From a virus (Duplodnaviria; Caudoviricetes), in IMG/VR virus record IMGVR_UViG_3300025316_001101: DNA of 64,000 nucleotides. One strand, written 5' to 3'. The notes under the pieces were generated by a model. That model did no database searches. It saw nothing but the letters and a program-made list of their open reading frames with translations, and was not told the DNA's origin. How positions within the stretch are numbered: position 1 is the stretch's first letter; each line of letters opens with the position of its first letter. The translations under genes and the position numbers were made by a program. This document shows, one piece after another, positions 19,355-28,949 of this stretch.

Positions 19355-20155
19355 TTATCCTCTTAAATTTACCATTTTTGAATCTGCGACCATCATGGCC
19401 TCTTGCATAGGCTGCTCCACCACGCCATCCCACATGAGTTTAGGAGCCCCCACATCATGCCGAGCATCCATAAACTCGGCGTCTAAATTAGGAGCAGGCA
19501 CAAAATGCTTGTCGCTAATTGCTTGTTTTTCACCATTATCATTTACTGTTGTGTAAAGCATTCCGGCTGCGAAATTTGGGGCTGGTCTTTCTTGATAGAT
19601 GGGGTATTTCTTCTTAGGAGTAAACGCAAGATTGCGTTTTTTAGCCTCTGCCAGAAGCCAAGGTTCTGGATCGTAGACCTCCTCCCGCAAAGGTCTTCCG
19701 ACTCCTGGCAAAAACTGTTTTGGAGGATGTTTTTCCGGGACTGTGTTACCTCCTCCTTTTAATGCTGCGGCCAACCCTGGATTGGCTTGCAACAATGCAG
19801 CCAACACACTCTGCGGATCTTGTGGCTGGGGTTGCTCCTCAGGTACGTCCTGTACTTGAAGATTAGCTCCATCATCAAAACTAAATTTCTTATGTTTGAT
19901 CAAGATGCCGTCGTCTGTTTCCTTGTAGCTCAACTTCTTCTTGGTAAACTCATAGATCTCTACATCTACCACCAAGATGTTTCGACGAGCTAATTGAGCC
20001 ATGATTTTACCAGCCGCCACTTCTAATGGCGTATCATCATAAGGAGAGCCAATTTTAACCGTCTTGGTTTCAATCTTACTCTCATCATATTTACCCTTTT
20101 CAAGTTCAGGGTGATATTTGAATATTATCTCGTATCCCATTAGATTAACCCCCAA
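19355..20155 (-). CDS. Hypothetical protein
   Basis: ORF track. Confidence 0.55.
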   Translation of the reverse strand: MGVNLMGYEIIFKYHPELEKGKYDESKIETKTVKIGSPYDDTPLEVAAGKIMAQLARRNILVVDVEIYEFTKKKLSYKETDDGILIKHKKFSFDDGANLQVQDVPEEQPQPQDPQSVLAALLQANPGLAAALKGGGNTVPEKHPPKQFLPGVGRPLREEVYDPEPWLLAEAKKRNLAFTPKKKYPIYQERPAPNFAAGMLYTTVNDNGEKQAISDKHFVPAPNLDAEFMDARHDVGAPKLMWDGVVEQPMQEAMMVADSKMVNLRG

Positions 20156-20712
20156 CTTCTAAAGTCACCAAATTCTCCATCGTATTCAAAACTATGATAG
20201 TCGTGTTTGGCCATCATGCCCTTACACAAATTATCTCTAGCGTCCACGAATTTTTTAGTAAATCTCAACATACGCATGAAGTTCTTCAATTCCTTTTTCT
20301 GTAAAGAAATTCCCATATGTTCCATAATTTCATCATCAGTGATTTTAGGAAGGACAGGATCAATCATTGCAGACCGTTTATCATCATCGGCAAACATCAT
20401 CTTATGACGATGGTGGAAAAGCTGTTTAAGCATACCATCAATAACATCTTCACCATAAAACCCTATAGTTATGCCCCGACTGGATCGATCTACAACCTCT
20501 TTACAATAACGATCCTCTGGGTCTAGGTGTTGATCACCCATCTCAGCTTCCCATATCTTTTCAAAAGCTTCCTTCGCTTCCTTTTCTTCATAGGCATCTG
20601 CCTTCTTTTCCCAATAACTAGCCATTATTACCCTCCAATTCTTCCTGACTAGAAGAGTAATCCTCCAACTCAATTTTTCCATAAAACATTTGATCGGGCA
20701 TTGCCTTACCAT
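20140..20712 (-). CDS. Hypothetical protein (start probably near 20625)
   Basis: ORF track. Confidence 0.5.
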   Translation of the reverse strand: MVRQCPIKCFMEKLSWRITLLVRKNWRVIMASYWEKKADAYEEKEAKEAFEKIWEAEMGDQHLDPEDRYCKEVVDRSSRGITIGFYGEDVIDGMLKQLFHHRHKMMFADDDKRSAMIDPVLPKITDDEIMEHMGISLQKKELKNFMRMLRFTKKFVDARDNLCKGMMAKHDYHSFEYDGEFGDFRSWGLI

Positions 20713-21598
20713 ATCGAGTCATAATACGATAATCCCAATGACTATCTGTAGCTCCACCGGGATTAAAAAATACGGGCGTATATGGACAATAGAAATACCC
20801 AGATGTATATGCGTCACCTTTGAACCCTATTAGAATTCTATCATCTGGCCACATGGGGTTGTCATACACATCCCATTTATTTGCTAATTTTCCAGCATAT
20901 GTTGGCAATGGCCTGACACTCTCGGTAACTTCCGGCTTTTTCTTCTCTACTAATGAATAGGCAATATCTGTAGAAGTGACTATCCAATTCGGGGAGAACC
21001 CACATCTATTATTAACTCTAGCTGCGGCTATGCGAATATAATCTTCCAGATGCTCCCTAGAGCGATAGGTATGCTCAAACTTACTTCCGGCATTGGCCCA
21101 CAAATCACCCGTTATTTCCCTGTTCATTTCCCACATTAACTCATTGGCACATAGGGCGACTAATTTTGCCTCATTATCAAGAGTGAATAGTTCTCCGCCC
21201 TGTAATGGCGGTATGGGAACCGCAGTTGATCGAGTCTTAGCTCTCACTGCACTAGCTTTAAGATTCCCATATTTATCTCTGTAATAGAATGAGTGCTCTG
21301 GTGCCATCATAGTCTGCACAGACACTAACTTAAATCCCAAGAATGTCTTTGGATTATACATCCTTCTGACTAACGGGATACTGATTCGTCTAAATTGAGG
21401 ATAATAACCAGTTATATTCTTATCCTCTGGATTATCCCTCGCCTCTACCTCTAGTTCATTGTCTATTCTTTGATTCTCAAGAACTAATGCCATTTGTTCT
21501 TGTTCAAATTCATTTTCTATACCGGCCAATAAGCCAGTTGTTTTCCAGTTTTTTACAATCTCCTTCTTTCGATTGAGAAACTTTTGTAATTCATCCAT
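20618..21598 (-). CDS. Shortened T4 gp23/gp24-family capsid-fold protein
   Basis: Motifs 'WKTTGLL', 'MALVLENQ', 'IPLVRRMY', 'LVSVQTMMAP', 'GYFYCPY' and 'MTRYG' match gp23-family landmarks; only 326 aa. Confidence 0.75.
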   Translation of the reverse strand: MDELQKFLNRKKEIVKNWKTTGLLAGIENEFEQEQMALVLENQRIDNELEVEARDNPEDKNITGYYPQFRRISIPLVRRMYNPKTFLGFKLVSVQTMMAPEHSFYYRDKYGNLKASAVRAKTRSTAVPIPPLQGGELFTLDNEAKLVALCANELMWEMNREITGDLWANAGSKFEHTYRSREHLEDYIRIAAARVNNRCGFSPNWIVTSTDIAYSLVEKKKPEVTESVRPLPTYAGKLANKWDVYDNPMWPDDRILIGFKGDAYTSGYFYCPYTPVFFNPGGATDSHWDYRIMTRYGKAMPDQMFYGKIELEDYSSSQEELEGNNG

Positions 21599-21607
21599 AT
21601 GTCCTTC

Positions 21608-22228
21608 CTATTTTTCTATAAGTCCCACCCCATATCGGCTTTTAACTTTTACAGGCTCACACTTATGAACCTTGCAAAAATCATAAAAAATTTCACGGGC
21701 GGGCTGGTGCTTATCAATATAGTCCATAACCACCAATCCACCTAAACTTATATGAGGCCAAATTAAATCTAAAAGCAAACGATGTTCTTCATAAGACACT
21801 TCTTCATTAATGACGGCCAAGTCCCATGTATTTGCCCGAAGTAATCCCAAGAAAGAATCATCTGTCACATTACCCACGTATACATGAATCTTTTTATGAA
21901 AATGATCCATGACATTCTTAGTTCCTAAGCGTGGGGAATAAAACTCTTCGTCCTTGTGTTGGAAGGCTAGAAAATTATCTACTGTATGGCAACCTCTGAA
22001 AAAACAGCTAGAAAATAGACCCAACCGAAAACCAAAATCCAGCATAGTCTTTGGCTGTATATGTTTGCCTAAATAGTAATAGAACGGAATATAGCGATGA
22101 TCTACATACGGCGCAGATTTGCGAGAATCTTCATCAATTACTCTGCATGTTGAAAGTAACGTAGATGCGCTAATGGTCTGACGGTCAAGCTCTTTGTCGA
22201 GCGTGGCCCCTAATGTTTTTACGTCCAA
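21608..22228 (-). CDS. Degenerate class I methyltransferase-like protein
   Basis: Motifs 'MLDFGFRLGLFS', 'WDLAVIN' and 'GGLVVMD'. Confidence 0.6.
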   Translation of the reverse strand: MDVKTLGATLDKELDRQTISASTLLSTCRVIDEDSRKSAPYVDHRYIPFYYYLGKHIQPKTMLDFGFRLGLFSSCFFRGCHTVDNFLAFQHKDEEFYSPRLGTKNVMDHFHKKIHVYVGNVTDDSFLGLLRANTWDLAVINEEVSYEEHRLLLDLIWPHISLGGLVVMDYIDKHQPAREIFYDFCKVHKCEPVKVKSRYGVGLIEK

Positions 22229-22353
22229 TTTACTAACCCTTCTAAAATAAAAGTCTCGCCCCTAACGCCCATTTGTTGACGGAAGAGGACTTGAGGCGAG
22301 AGTATTCAACCAGTTTCCTGGGTAATACACACCTGTTTATAGTCCAGTGTTAT

Positions 22354-22659
22354 CTATGCAAGATTATTAATTTTTTCGCATTCTGGCTTGAGAGGACGCC
22401 ATGTACAACGATTTTCCCAGGCACTTCCTTGAGATGCTGTTAATCGCATGGTTATAGTTGTTTCATTTGTACGATGATAAGTGCGACCGTCTGAACCGAT
22501 TCTTTCCCGAGGGATTGGCTTTCCATCGCCTGCATAAAAAAATTCAATGATCGGTGGCACGCTGGTATCAATACAGTCCTCGTATTCACGGCCATCTTTG
22601 CCTTTGCACATTAGGTGTTTACAACCATCTTTATCTACGTATGCTTTAGTTTCTTGCAT
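22354..22659 (-). CDS. Hypothetical protein
   Basis: ORF track. Confidence 0.45.
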   Translation of the reverse strand: MQETKAYVDKDGCKHLMCKGKDGREYEDCIDTSVPPIIEFFYAGDGKPIPRERIGSDGRTYHRTNETTITMRLTASQGSAWENRCTWRPLKPECEKINNLA

Positions 22660-23176
22660 TTACCCACTCCTTAATCTGACATGCCAAATCTGCCAGGGAG
22701 TACACCACTTTAAGGCCCGGACGCTCTAAAGATAATTGAATTTCAACGTCCAGTCGCCGGGGATAATTGGCGTCCACGCCAACAAATATTGGCTTTGGCT
22801 CTACGTCAATTTTCAAAGAATCATTAGCAAACGGCTTAATGGCCGGTTTGTGCGGAGTAGACCATCTTCCAAGTTCAAAAAGTGTAATTGGTTGAATAGT
22901 ATCTTTAGTAAACCAAAAACTTATAGCATCCGCCAATTTCAAGTGTTTCCACTCCCATCCAATTTGATCCACTGCTGCACTGGGATCGTTAATTGGAAAA
23001 TCGGCACGACGAGGATTAAACAATATCAAATTGATAACGTCTTCTAACTTAGATCGCATTTCTGCTTGCCAATCTTCACATCCATTAATACCTCCAGCTA
23101 AAAATAACCACTTTTCATGAGGGCTCTTACTCAACCGGGTATCTAACGCTTCTACATATTGCATGTCATTCTCCAA
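22646..23176 (-). CDS. Nucleoside 2-deoxyribosyltransferase-like protein
   Basis: Motifs 'LFLAGGI...DWQ', 'FNPRR', 'QIGWE', 'AISFWF' and 'PITLFELG'. Confidence 0.8.
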   Translation of the reverse strand: MENDMQYVEALDTRLSKSPHEKWLFLAGGINGCEDWQAEMRSKLEDVINLILFNPRRADFPINDPSAAVDQIGWEWKHLKLADAISFWFTKDTIQPITLFELGRWSTPHKPAIKPFANDSLKIDVEPKPIFVGVDANYPRRLDVEIQLSLERPGLKVVYSLADLACQIKEWVNARN

Positions 23177-23425
23177 TTTTTATATAAAAAAAGAGGTATC
23201 TATAAAAACAATTTATAGCACCTCTTTGCAGGTATTCGGGATTTTATCCCTATCGGATTTCCGCTCAAGTTGTGACACTAAGTATCATTCAACTTCCATG
23301 CAAGCGTCTTTCCTATTGCAAGGGGCTAATGGCTCATCCGCATGGGCAGTACCATTTTAGCCTAATCTTACAATTTGAAGATTGAACCTTACCTGCTACT
23401 GTATTTACTCCTTTAATTTCAAAAA

Positions 23426-23920
23426 TTACGAAAGATCTGCCGCCTTCACAATTTGATCTATAGCTTCGCCCATTTCCATGTCCGCAGCCTGCTTAATTCT
23501 GAAATTGGTTTTATCCATTTCCTTACGAAGCATATAGCCAAAATTAATAGCGGACTCATGGGCTTTGTCCATAGCTCGAATAAACTGCTTGAGTTTGCCA
23601 ACTGTTCGCTTAGCCTTAATGCTGGCATTTTTTGCATTCTCAACCTCCGTGTCTGTTTTCGACTTAGACTCTGCTAGTTTCTCCGTACAGCCGCTCTCTT
23701 TGTGAAAAGCAAACTTCTTGGAATACTCCTGGTCGTACTTCGTCTCAAACCATTGCAAATAACTTTCGGCATCTGCAAGCTTTTGACCATAATAGTTATA
23801 CCAACTAGCCGCTTCCATTAAGAACTTGTTCAAAGTAGCATCATCAAATTTCAAATGGTCTGGATTTAGAACAACCTTATCTTTCCCGACCGCTACAGAA
23901 TCTTCTAATAGTTCAGACAT
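23426..23920 (-). CDS. UvsY-like recombination mediator
   Basis: Helical ~160-aa protein directly downstream of the helicase; the pattern 'YNYYGQKLA...' fits the UvsY family. Confidence 0.55.
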   Translation of the reverse strand: MSELLEDSVAVGKDKVVLNPDHLKFDDATLNKFLMEAASWYNYYGQKLADAESYLQWFETKYDQEYSKKFAFHKESGCTEKLAESKSKTDTEVENAKNASIKAKRTVGKLKQFIRAMDKAHESAINFGYMLRKEMDKTNFRIKQAADMEMGEAIDQIVKAADLS

Positions 23921-23951
23921 AAATTACCTCCACTGATTTTAATTATAACAC

Positions 23952-25595
23952 TTATTCAACTGGTTTCACAATATTATCCACCTCTGACGAGTAATCGCTA
24001 GCGGCCAATGATGCCAACGGATTCTTCGAACCTTTTTTCTTTTCGCCATAAGCCTTAGACCGTGCATACATTTGTTTGGCTTCCAATTCCTGTCGAGTCT
24101 TGTCAGCACTCGTCACTTCCTTCTTCTGTTCGGCCGCTCTTCTCCGTTGCTCATACACAGCTTTACTAATTTCAGTAATTGCCAATGTTTCTTGATTAAT
24201 CTCAACATACACCATAAATCGACTCTTGCCATGTCGATGTTTAATTACCCACACTCGACCAATACCAGCATCCTTTTCAATCTGCATCTGATTAATAGAC
24301 CAAAAAGCGTCCAACGGCTTTTGCTGACCATAAGCATCACCAAGGTTTTCATCATCAATAACTTCGCCCAACTTAATGACTTCCTTGGCGGTTTTGTTAG
24401 GTTGCATGGCAACCATCATACAAATACTTTCTTCTACTGCAAATCTTCTCAAATCACGAACAATACGATATCTGGAATCCCACGTGGGTATATTGGGGTA
24501 ATCTTTCATTTCACCAATATAATCCACAATTACCAAATCCGGTTTGAACCCTCTTAAAACAATTTGCGAGAAATATGCTCTGAAATCACTTACGCCCATC
24601 TCTCCTGGCGGAAACTGCTTAATGATCAATCGCATCTTATCGTCATAATCTTCTACATACTCCCGCAACGATTGAATAACAACATCCTTCTTCCCCAACA
24701 AATTATTGATGGAAACCCCAAACTCCTTCCCTGGATCGGCCAACTGGGCGTCAAATCGCTCTGCTACTGCATCCTGGTCAATTTCCAATGAAACATAAAG
24801 CACTTTCTTGCCTTTGTTCATATTGGCTACCGCAGCACGTACTAAAGCAAGCGATTTGCCAGCACCAGATAGCCCAATCCACGAAGCCATCTCCCCACGC
24901 TTTAGACCACCACACATCAAAGCGGTATCTATCGTGTGTAACCCACAAGTAAAGAATTCCCCCTTCTCCAACTCTTCAGCCATACGAGCGTATCGTTCTT
25001 CAGCCGAAGCAAAATAGTCCAACCCCATTCCAAAGTCACGATCCAAAGTCATAGCATCTCGTAACGTGCTATACACAAAATCCCAAGTGGATTCCTCTTC
25101 AGGGGCAGAATTGAGCTTTTCCCGACAACGATAAAATGCTGTTTTAACAGCTTGCTTTTTAGCAAAATTTGTAATCTTGTCGGTAAGATAATCCCTAGAA
25201 TCGAGACCAGGATGAAAATGATCATATACAACATTCAACTCCGAACGATAATGATATTTCACTTCGGCCTTCTTATTAGCTATCTCCTCTTCCATTTCCT
25301 GCGCAATATGAATTTTTTGAGGCAGGATCTTATATTTTGAAAAATGTTTGAACAAAATTCGTGCTATCAGTTGGTGAACCTCATTTGTAAAATAATACGG
25401 TTGCACCATATCACAGCTTTGGATGAGGAAGTGACGATCCTTCAGCAACATTGCCAAAATCTCTCGCTGTAACTCCTCATCCCACTTAAATTGATCACTT
25501 GTGCCCGCATCCGGGTCTTCAAACTTACTCAGTTGTTCTCGCTCTTCCGCTGTCATTTCTTGTGTCATACTCTTTTCCTCCATTGGACTCTCCAT
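23952..25595 (-). CDS. Replicative helicase, DnaB/T4 gp41-like
   Basis: Motifs 'GLSGAGKS', 'VLYVSLE', 'LVIVDY', 'MQPN' and 'IKHRHG'. Confidence 0.9.
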   Translation of the reverse strand: MESPMEEKSMTQEMTAEEREQLSKFEDPDAGTSDQFKWDEELQREILAMLLKDRHFLIQSCDMVQPYYFTNEVHQLIARILFKHFSKYKILPQKIHIAQEMEEEIANKKAEVKYHYRSELNVVYDHFHPGLDSRDYLTDKITNFAKKQAVKTAFYRCREKLNSAPEEESTWDFVYSTLRDAMTLDRDFGMGLDYFASAEERYARMAEELEKGEFFTCGLHTIDTALMCGGLKRGEMASWIGLSGAGKSLALVRAAVANMNKGKKVLYVSLEIDQDAVAERFDAQLADPGKEFGVSINNLLGKKDVVIQSLREYVEDYDDKMRLIIKQFPPGEMGVSDFRAYFSQIVLRGFKPDLVIVDYIGEMKDYPNIPTWDSRYRIVRDLRRFAVEESICMMVAMQPNKTAKEVIKLGEVIDDENLGDAYGQQKPLDAFWSINQMQIEKDAGIGRVWVIKHRHGKSRFMVYVEINQETLAITEISKAVYEQRRRAAEQKKEVTSADKTRQELEAKQMYARSKAYGEKKKGSKNPLASLAASDYSSEVDNIVKPVE

Positions 25596-25675
25596 ACCTA
25601 CTCATATGAATTTAATTTTTTTGCATCTTGCTCGATATTAACCAAAAGCGCCATATTAGTCAAGATGTAAATGAA

Positions 25676-25710
25676 AAGATCTCCCGGCGTTACAAACGCC
25701 GGGAGATCTT
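25676..25710. terminator. Hairpin terminator
   Basis: aagatctcccggcgtt-aca-aacgccgggagatctt. Confidence 0.7.
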
Positions 25711-25735
25711 CAGAGAAAACAGAACTAGATAGATT

Positions 25736-26296
25736 CTAGTTTATGTTAGCTAAGTAATCAAATTCTGATAATGAGACCTGTCCTGTAGTAATCGACTTAC
25801 TTCTGGTAATTTTCTTACCCAAAGCTTTCGTATTATTCCACGTAATAGCCTTGCAATAGGTCTTAAACTTCGTATCCATTTGCAATGGAGCTTGCTTGGA
25901 TGGTCTGTGTCGGCTAGGAACAATTGCCTTTAATAACTTGGATAATAACTGTTCTTGATATGGACCAAACTTCTGTTTATTAGCCCCATGTCGTGTTTTA
26001 TTTTTCCATAAATCACAAAGGCCGTCCACCATATATTTTAAGAATTTGTCAGAAACATACTTTCTGCACAACCTAAGACAAGATTCAACATAGACCTGTC
26101 TCTTGTAATACGATCCTGCCGTTAACAAAGATATGCGTATATCCTGAGCAAAATCTTCTTGGCTGTTGATATGGTTGTTTCTAGAATTCTTTTTAATCAA
26201 CTGCCAACTTTGATACTGACATAGAGAGCCGAATTGTTTATCTAATGTTAGATATTCTTCTTCCGTAATCGGAAATGACGCAAAGATACTTTCCAT
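25736..26296 (-). CDS. Hypothetical protein with weak sigma-factor region-2 resemblance
   Basis: 'QEDFAQDIRISLL' loosely resembles sigma region 2.1-2.2. Confidence 0.35.
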   Translation of the reverse strand: MESIFASFPITEEEYLTLDKQFGSLCQYQSWQLIKKNSRNNHINSQEDFAQDIRISLLTAGSYYKRQVYVESCLRLCRKYVSDKFLKYMVDGLCDLWKNKTRHGANKQKFGPYQEQLLSKLLKAIVPSRHRPSKQAPLQMDTKFKTYCKAITWNNTKALGKKITRSKSITTGQVSLSEFDYLANIN

Positions 26297-26303
26297 AATC
26301 CTC

Positions 26304-27608
26304 CTAAATTGAGTTTAATGTGCCAAGAGCTTCGCCACGACTGCCGGAAACTTTCAATTTCAAGCCGGAATATAAAGATTCATTTGCTTCTAAAGTTTGA
26401 ATGGCCATTTCTGCAACTTTGGTGTTACTCTTATGAGTTACTATACCATATCCGTCGTGAACATGAAAAACTATTTCCGCATGACCTTGAAGTGTGTCGT
26501 GTAATCTAATGAGTTTGTGCAAACAAATAATTGAGGCTGGAGCCTGCACCACAAAATTTCTGATCTTATATTGTTGCTCATTAAATCTTCGTCGTCGTCC
26601 AAAATAATCCGTTGCAAAGTTGTTTGCATCAAATGTATCTTGTTGTTCTTGAATCCAAGACATGGCTACAGGGAAATTATTGTATATTCCCCGTACCAAC
26701 CGTTCCCCGGCTGATTCGCTTATCCCTAATCTTTCGGCTACTGATTTTGATCCTTGACCGTATATGACCGGTAAGAACACAGCCTTGCACACCGCACGCT
26801 TCTTGGCGTCGTCGCATTGTATAGTAGTGATCTTGTCTAAAATATTTTTATAAACATCCCCCTCAGAATATAAAATCTCACGTAAAGCCGGATCTTTAGA
26901 AAGCCATTGAAGCACCGAAACTTCCATATGTTTATAATCAAACAACAGAAAAACCTTGTCGTAGCCAACCGGCCGCAGGTGGGATTTAGCTACCTCATCC
27001 AAACTATGTGGATTGAAAGAGTGGCTAAACGCCTTCAAACACTTCATACGACCATTAACTTGACCCTCAAGCTCATAGCATGGATAGACAGGATATCTTG
27101 CTTCAGTATCATTAAATCCAAGAGTTTCAATCTCTGGAACCACTCTTGTGAGTAGAGGAATGTAAATTTCTTGATATATCTTACCTATTCTGTCCCACAT
27201 GGCTGATTTAGTAATCGTGCTAAATCGAGCGGCTGCCTCCTTGTAACTTTTTGGACATTCTGTTTGTTCCCCTGAAAATGCTTCAATAATCTTCAAATCG
27301 ATCAAGGGTCCATTTGTCTCCCAATTAGTATTGGTCCTAAATCGTACATAACTTAAAAACCCTTTGATGTTCCAAGCAAGTGTAACAATCCTTTTTTGAT
27401 AAATTTCAGCTTTCAATCCTGCGATCAGTTCAATGCATTCTTTTTTGTCTTCTGGTAATGGGAATTCAAACTTCAATCCCTTTACCATCAAAATCAACTT
27501 TCCAGGTCGTCTAGGATCAGTAAAGTCCAAAATGTCTGGTTCTGTGGTAATGAAGATATTTTGTCCAACTACCTTGTCCAAAGCTTCTATTACTTCCGTA
27601 CTAATCAT
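26304..27608 (-). CDS. polA: Short family A DNA polymerase-like protein
   Basis: Motif A 'LFDYKHMEV', motif B 'KAVFLPVIYG', 'NFVVQAPA' and motif C 'HVHDG'. Confidence 0.8.
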   Translation of the reverse strand: MISTEVIEALDKVVGQNIFITTEPDILDFTDPRRPGKLILMVKGLKFEFPLPEDKKECIELIAGLKAEIYQKRIVTLAWNIKGFLSYVRFRTNTNWETNGPLIDLKIIEAFSGEQTECPKSYKEAAARFSTITKSAMWDRIGKIYQEIYIPLLTRVVPEIETLGFNDTEARYPVYPCYELEGQVNGRMKCLKAFSHSFNPHSLDEVAKSHLRPVGYDKVFLLFDYKHMEVSVLQWLSKDPALREILYSEGDVYKNILDKITTIQCDDAKKRAVCKAVFLPVIYGQGSKSVAERLGISESAGERLVRGIYNNFPVAMSWIQEQQDTFDANNFATDYFGRRRRFNEQQYKIRNFVVQAPASIICLHKLIRLHDTLQGHAEIVFHVHDGYGIVTHKSNTKVAEMAIQTLEANESLYSGLKLKVSGSRGEALGTLNSI

Positions 27609-27630
27609 TCTGACATTCCAATCGTACTGT

Positions 27631-28033
27631 AATTGCGCACCGGTTTCCCTTAACTCTGGGGATATACTTATGAATTAAGTCTTATTCCAGGTCTATAATG
27701 CAAGCCGCATATATCTTATACTCACTTTTTACTTTCGCATCCCATCGTTTGGGGACCACGACGTAACCGTTTCACGAAGGATAGATTTTTATAAAGGAAC
27801 ATACCTTACCTTCACCGTTGCGTGGAAACTACTGATTGCAGGCTCCCCTGGGAACCAGTAGAAGTGATTTCGACTATTGCCAGGATTCCCCTCTGGTGAG
27901 GAATCCCTGATGACTGTGCTTTTGGTAAGTAGATCGCATTAAGCATCACTCCTGCAATCCAGCCCGTTGACTTTCGTTTGCTCCACACGGAGACTGGTAA
28001 GTTGTTTTTCGTGTAATTCGTTCTGCGCAATTT
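27631..28033. ncRNA. Candidate structured non-coding element
   Basis: Non-coding ~400 nt with several long complementary pairs (see findings); no family recognised. Confidence 0.3.
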
Positions 28034-28042
28034 TAGTGCCAA

Positions 28043-28837
28043 TTGACATCCAAATCAATAGATATTTCCAAAGATTTCCATTTCTGCTATGATAGCGTTG
28101 TTAAGAACGAATTTCTTTCAAGGAAAATTTTCATGTGGGATCTCGAAGACATCCTTCATTATAGCATGAATGAAGATGAAGCGAAAAGCTACAAAATTTC
28201 CTTGCTATGGATGGAGTTGGCTCATCATGAATTTCCAGATTATGAGCATACCAAGTTAAGAAAAAAGGGCGACCCTCGTAAGTCTATTTTATTCAAATAT
28301 TGCTATAAATTAGTGCAAGAAACAAGAGGAATTATAGCAGATCATGAATATAGACTGTATATTCTGGCACAACTTCAAATTCTTAAATATCTTGCTGTCA
28401 CTAAAGAGCATGCGTTGATCGATCCTATTATTCTCATTGGAGATAAGGCGTGGAAACGATGGCAAGTATGGAGATCCAAGTACGCTAAGAGGAAGCGTGA
28501 AACGGTCACTCTGGTAGAGCCAGTAACGGTTACCGCTCCTAACACTACAGTTGTTAAAGACTTGCGACACACAAAAGATCATTTTATAAAAAAATTCGGC
28601 GGCTGTCCAAATTTTTCGCAGGTTGAGCAAGCTCTCAAAGATCATACAATGGTTCGCTGGGTTACTATGGATCGTGTGTCCCCATATTATATTCTATTGT
28701 CGCCTTGGGTAGCAAGATGTATGGACGGTCGAACATTTGTAGAAGTTTTTATGTTCGATTTGGTTGTTTATGAAAATTCAATCACTCAACCGGTGCGTGA
28801 ATTCTTTAAGCAAGAATTTGCTTATGAGTATGTTTAA
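28043..28837 (+). CDS. Hypothetical protein (true start probably 28133, MWDLED)
   Basis: ORF track. Confidence 0.55.
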   Translation: MTSKSIDISKDFHFCYDSVVKNEFLSRKIFMWDLEDILHYSMNEDEAKSYKISLLWMELAHHEFPDYEHTKLRKKGDPRKSILFKYCYKLVQETRGIIADHEYRLYILAQLQILKYLAVTKEHALIDPIILIGDKAWKRWQVWRSKYAKRKRETVTLVEPVTVTAPNTTVVKDLRHTKDHFIKKFGGCPNFSQVEQALKDHTMVRWVTMDRVSPYYILLSPWVARCMDGRTFVEVFMFDLVVYENSITQPVREFFKQEFAYEYV

Positions 28838-28949
28838 CGGCAGCAGCACTTTCCACAGCATTTTGTAGTTTTGCTTTTATCAACAATGTGGCTGTTGTCT
28901 TTCTTTGGCTTCTTGAATTGCTGAACGTATTTTTTGACATTAGAATCAC

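Noticed and set aside
27917-27960. Hammerhead ribozyme (CTGATGA)
   Set aside because: No stem II closed by GAAA follows the motif.
27945-27981. tmRNA (minus-strand GCA AAC GAA could begin an ANE... tag)
   Set aside because: No tRNA-like 5' and 3' ends were found, and the peptide does not end in a hydrophobic ALAA-type degron.
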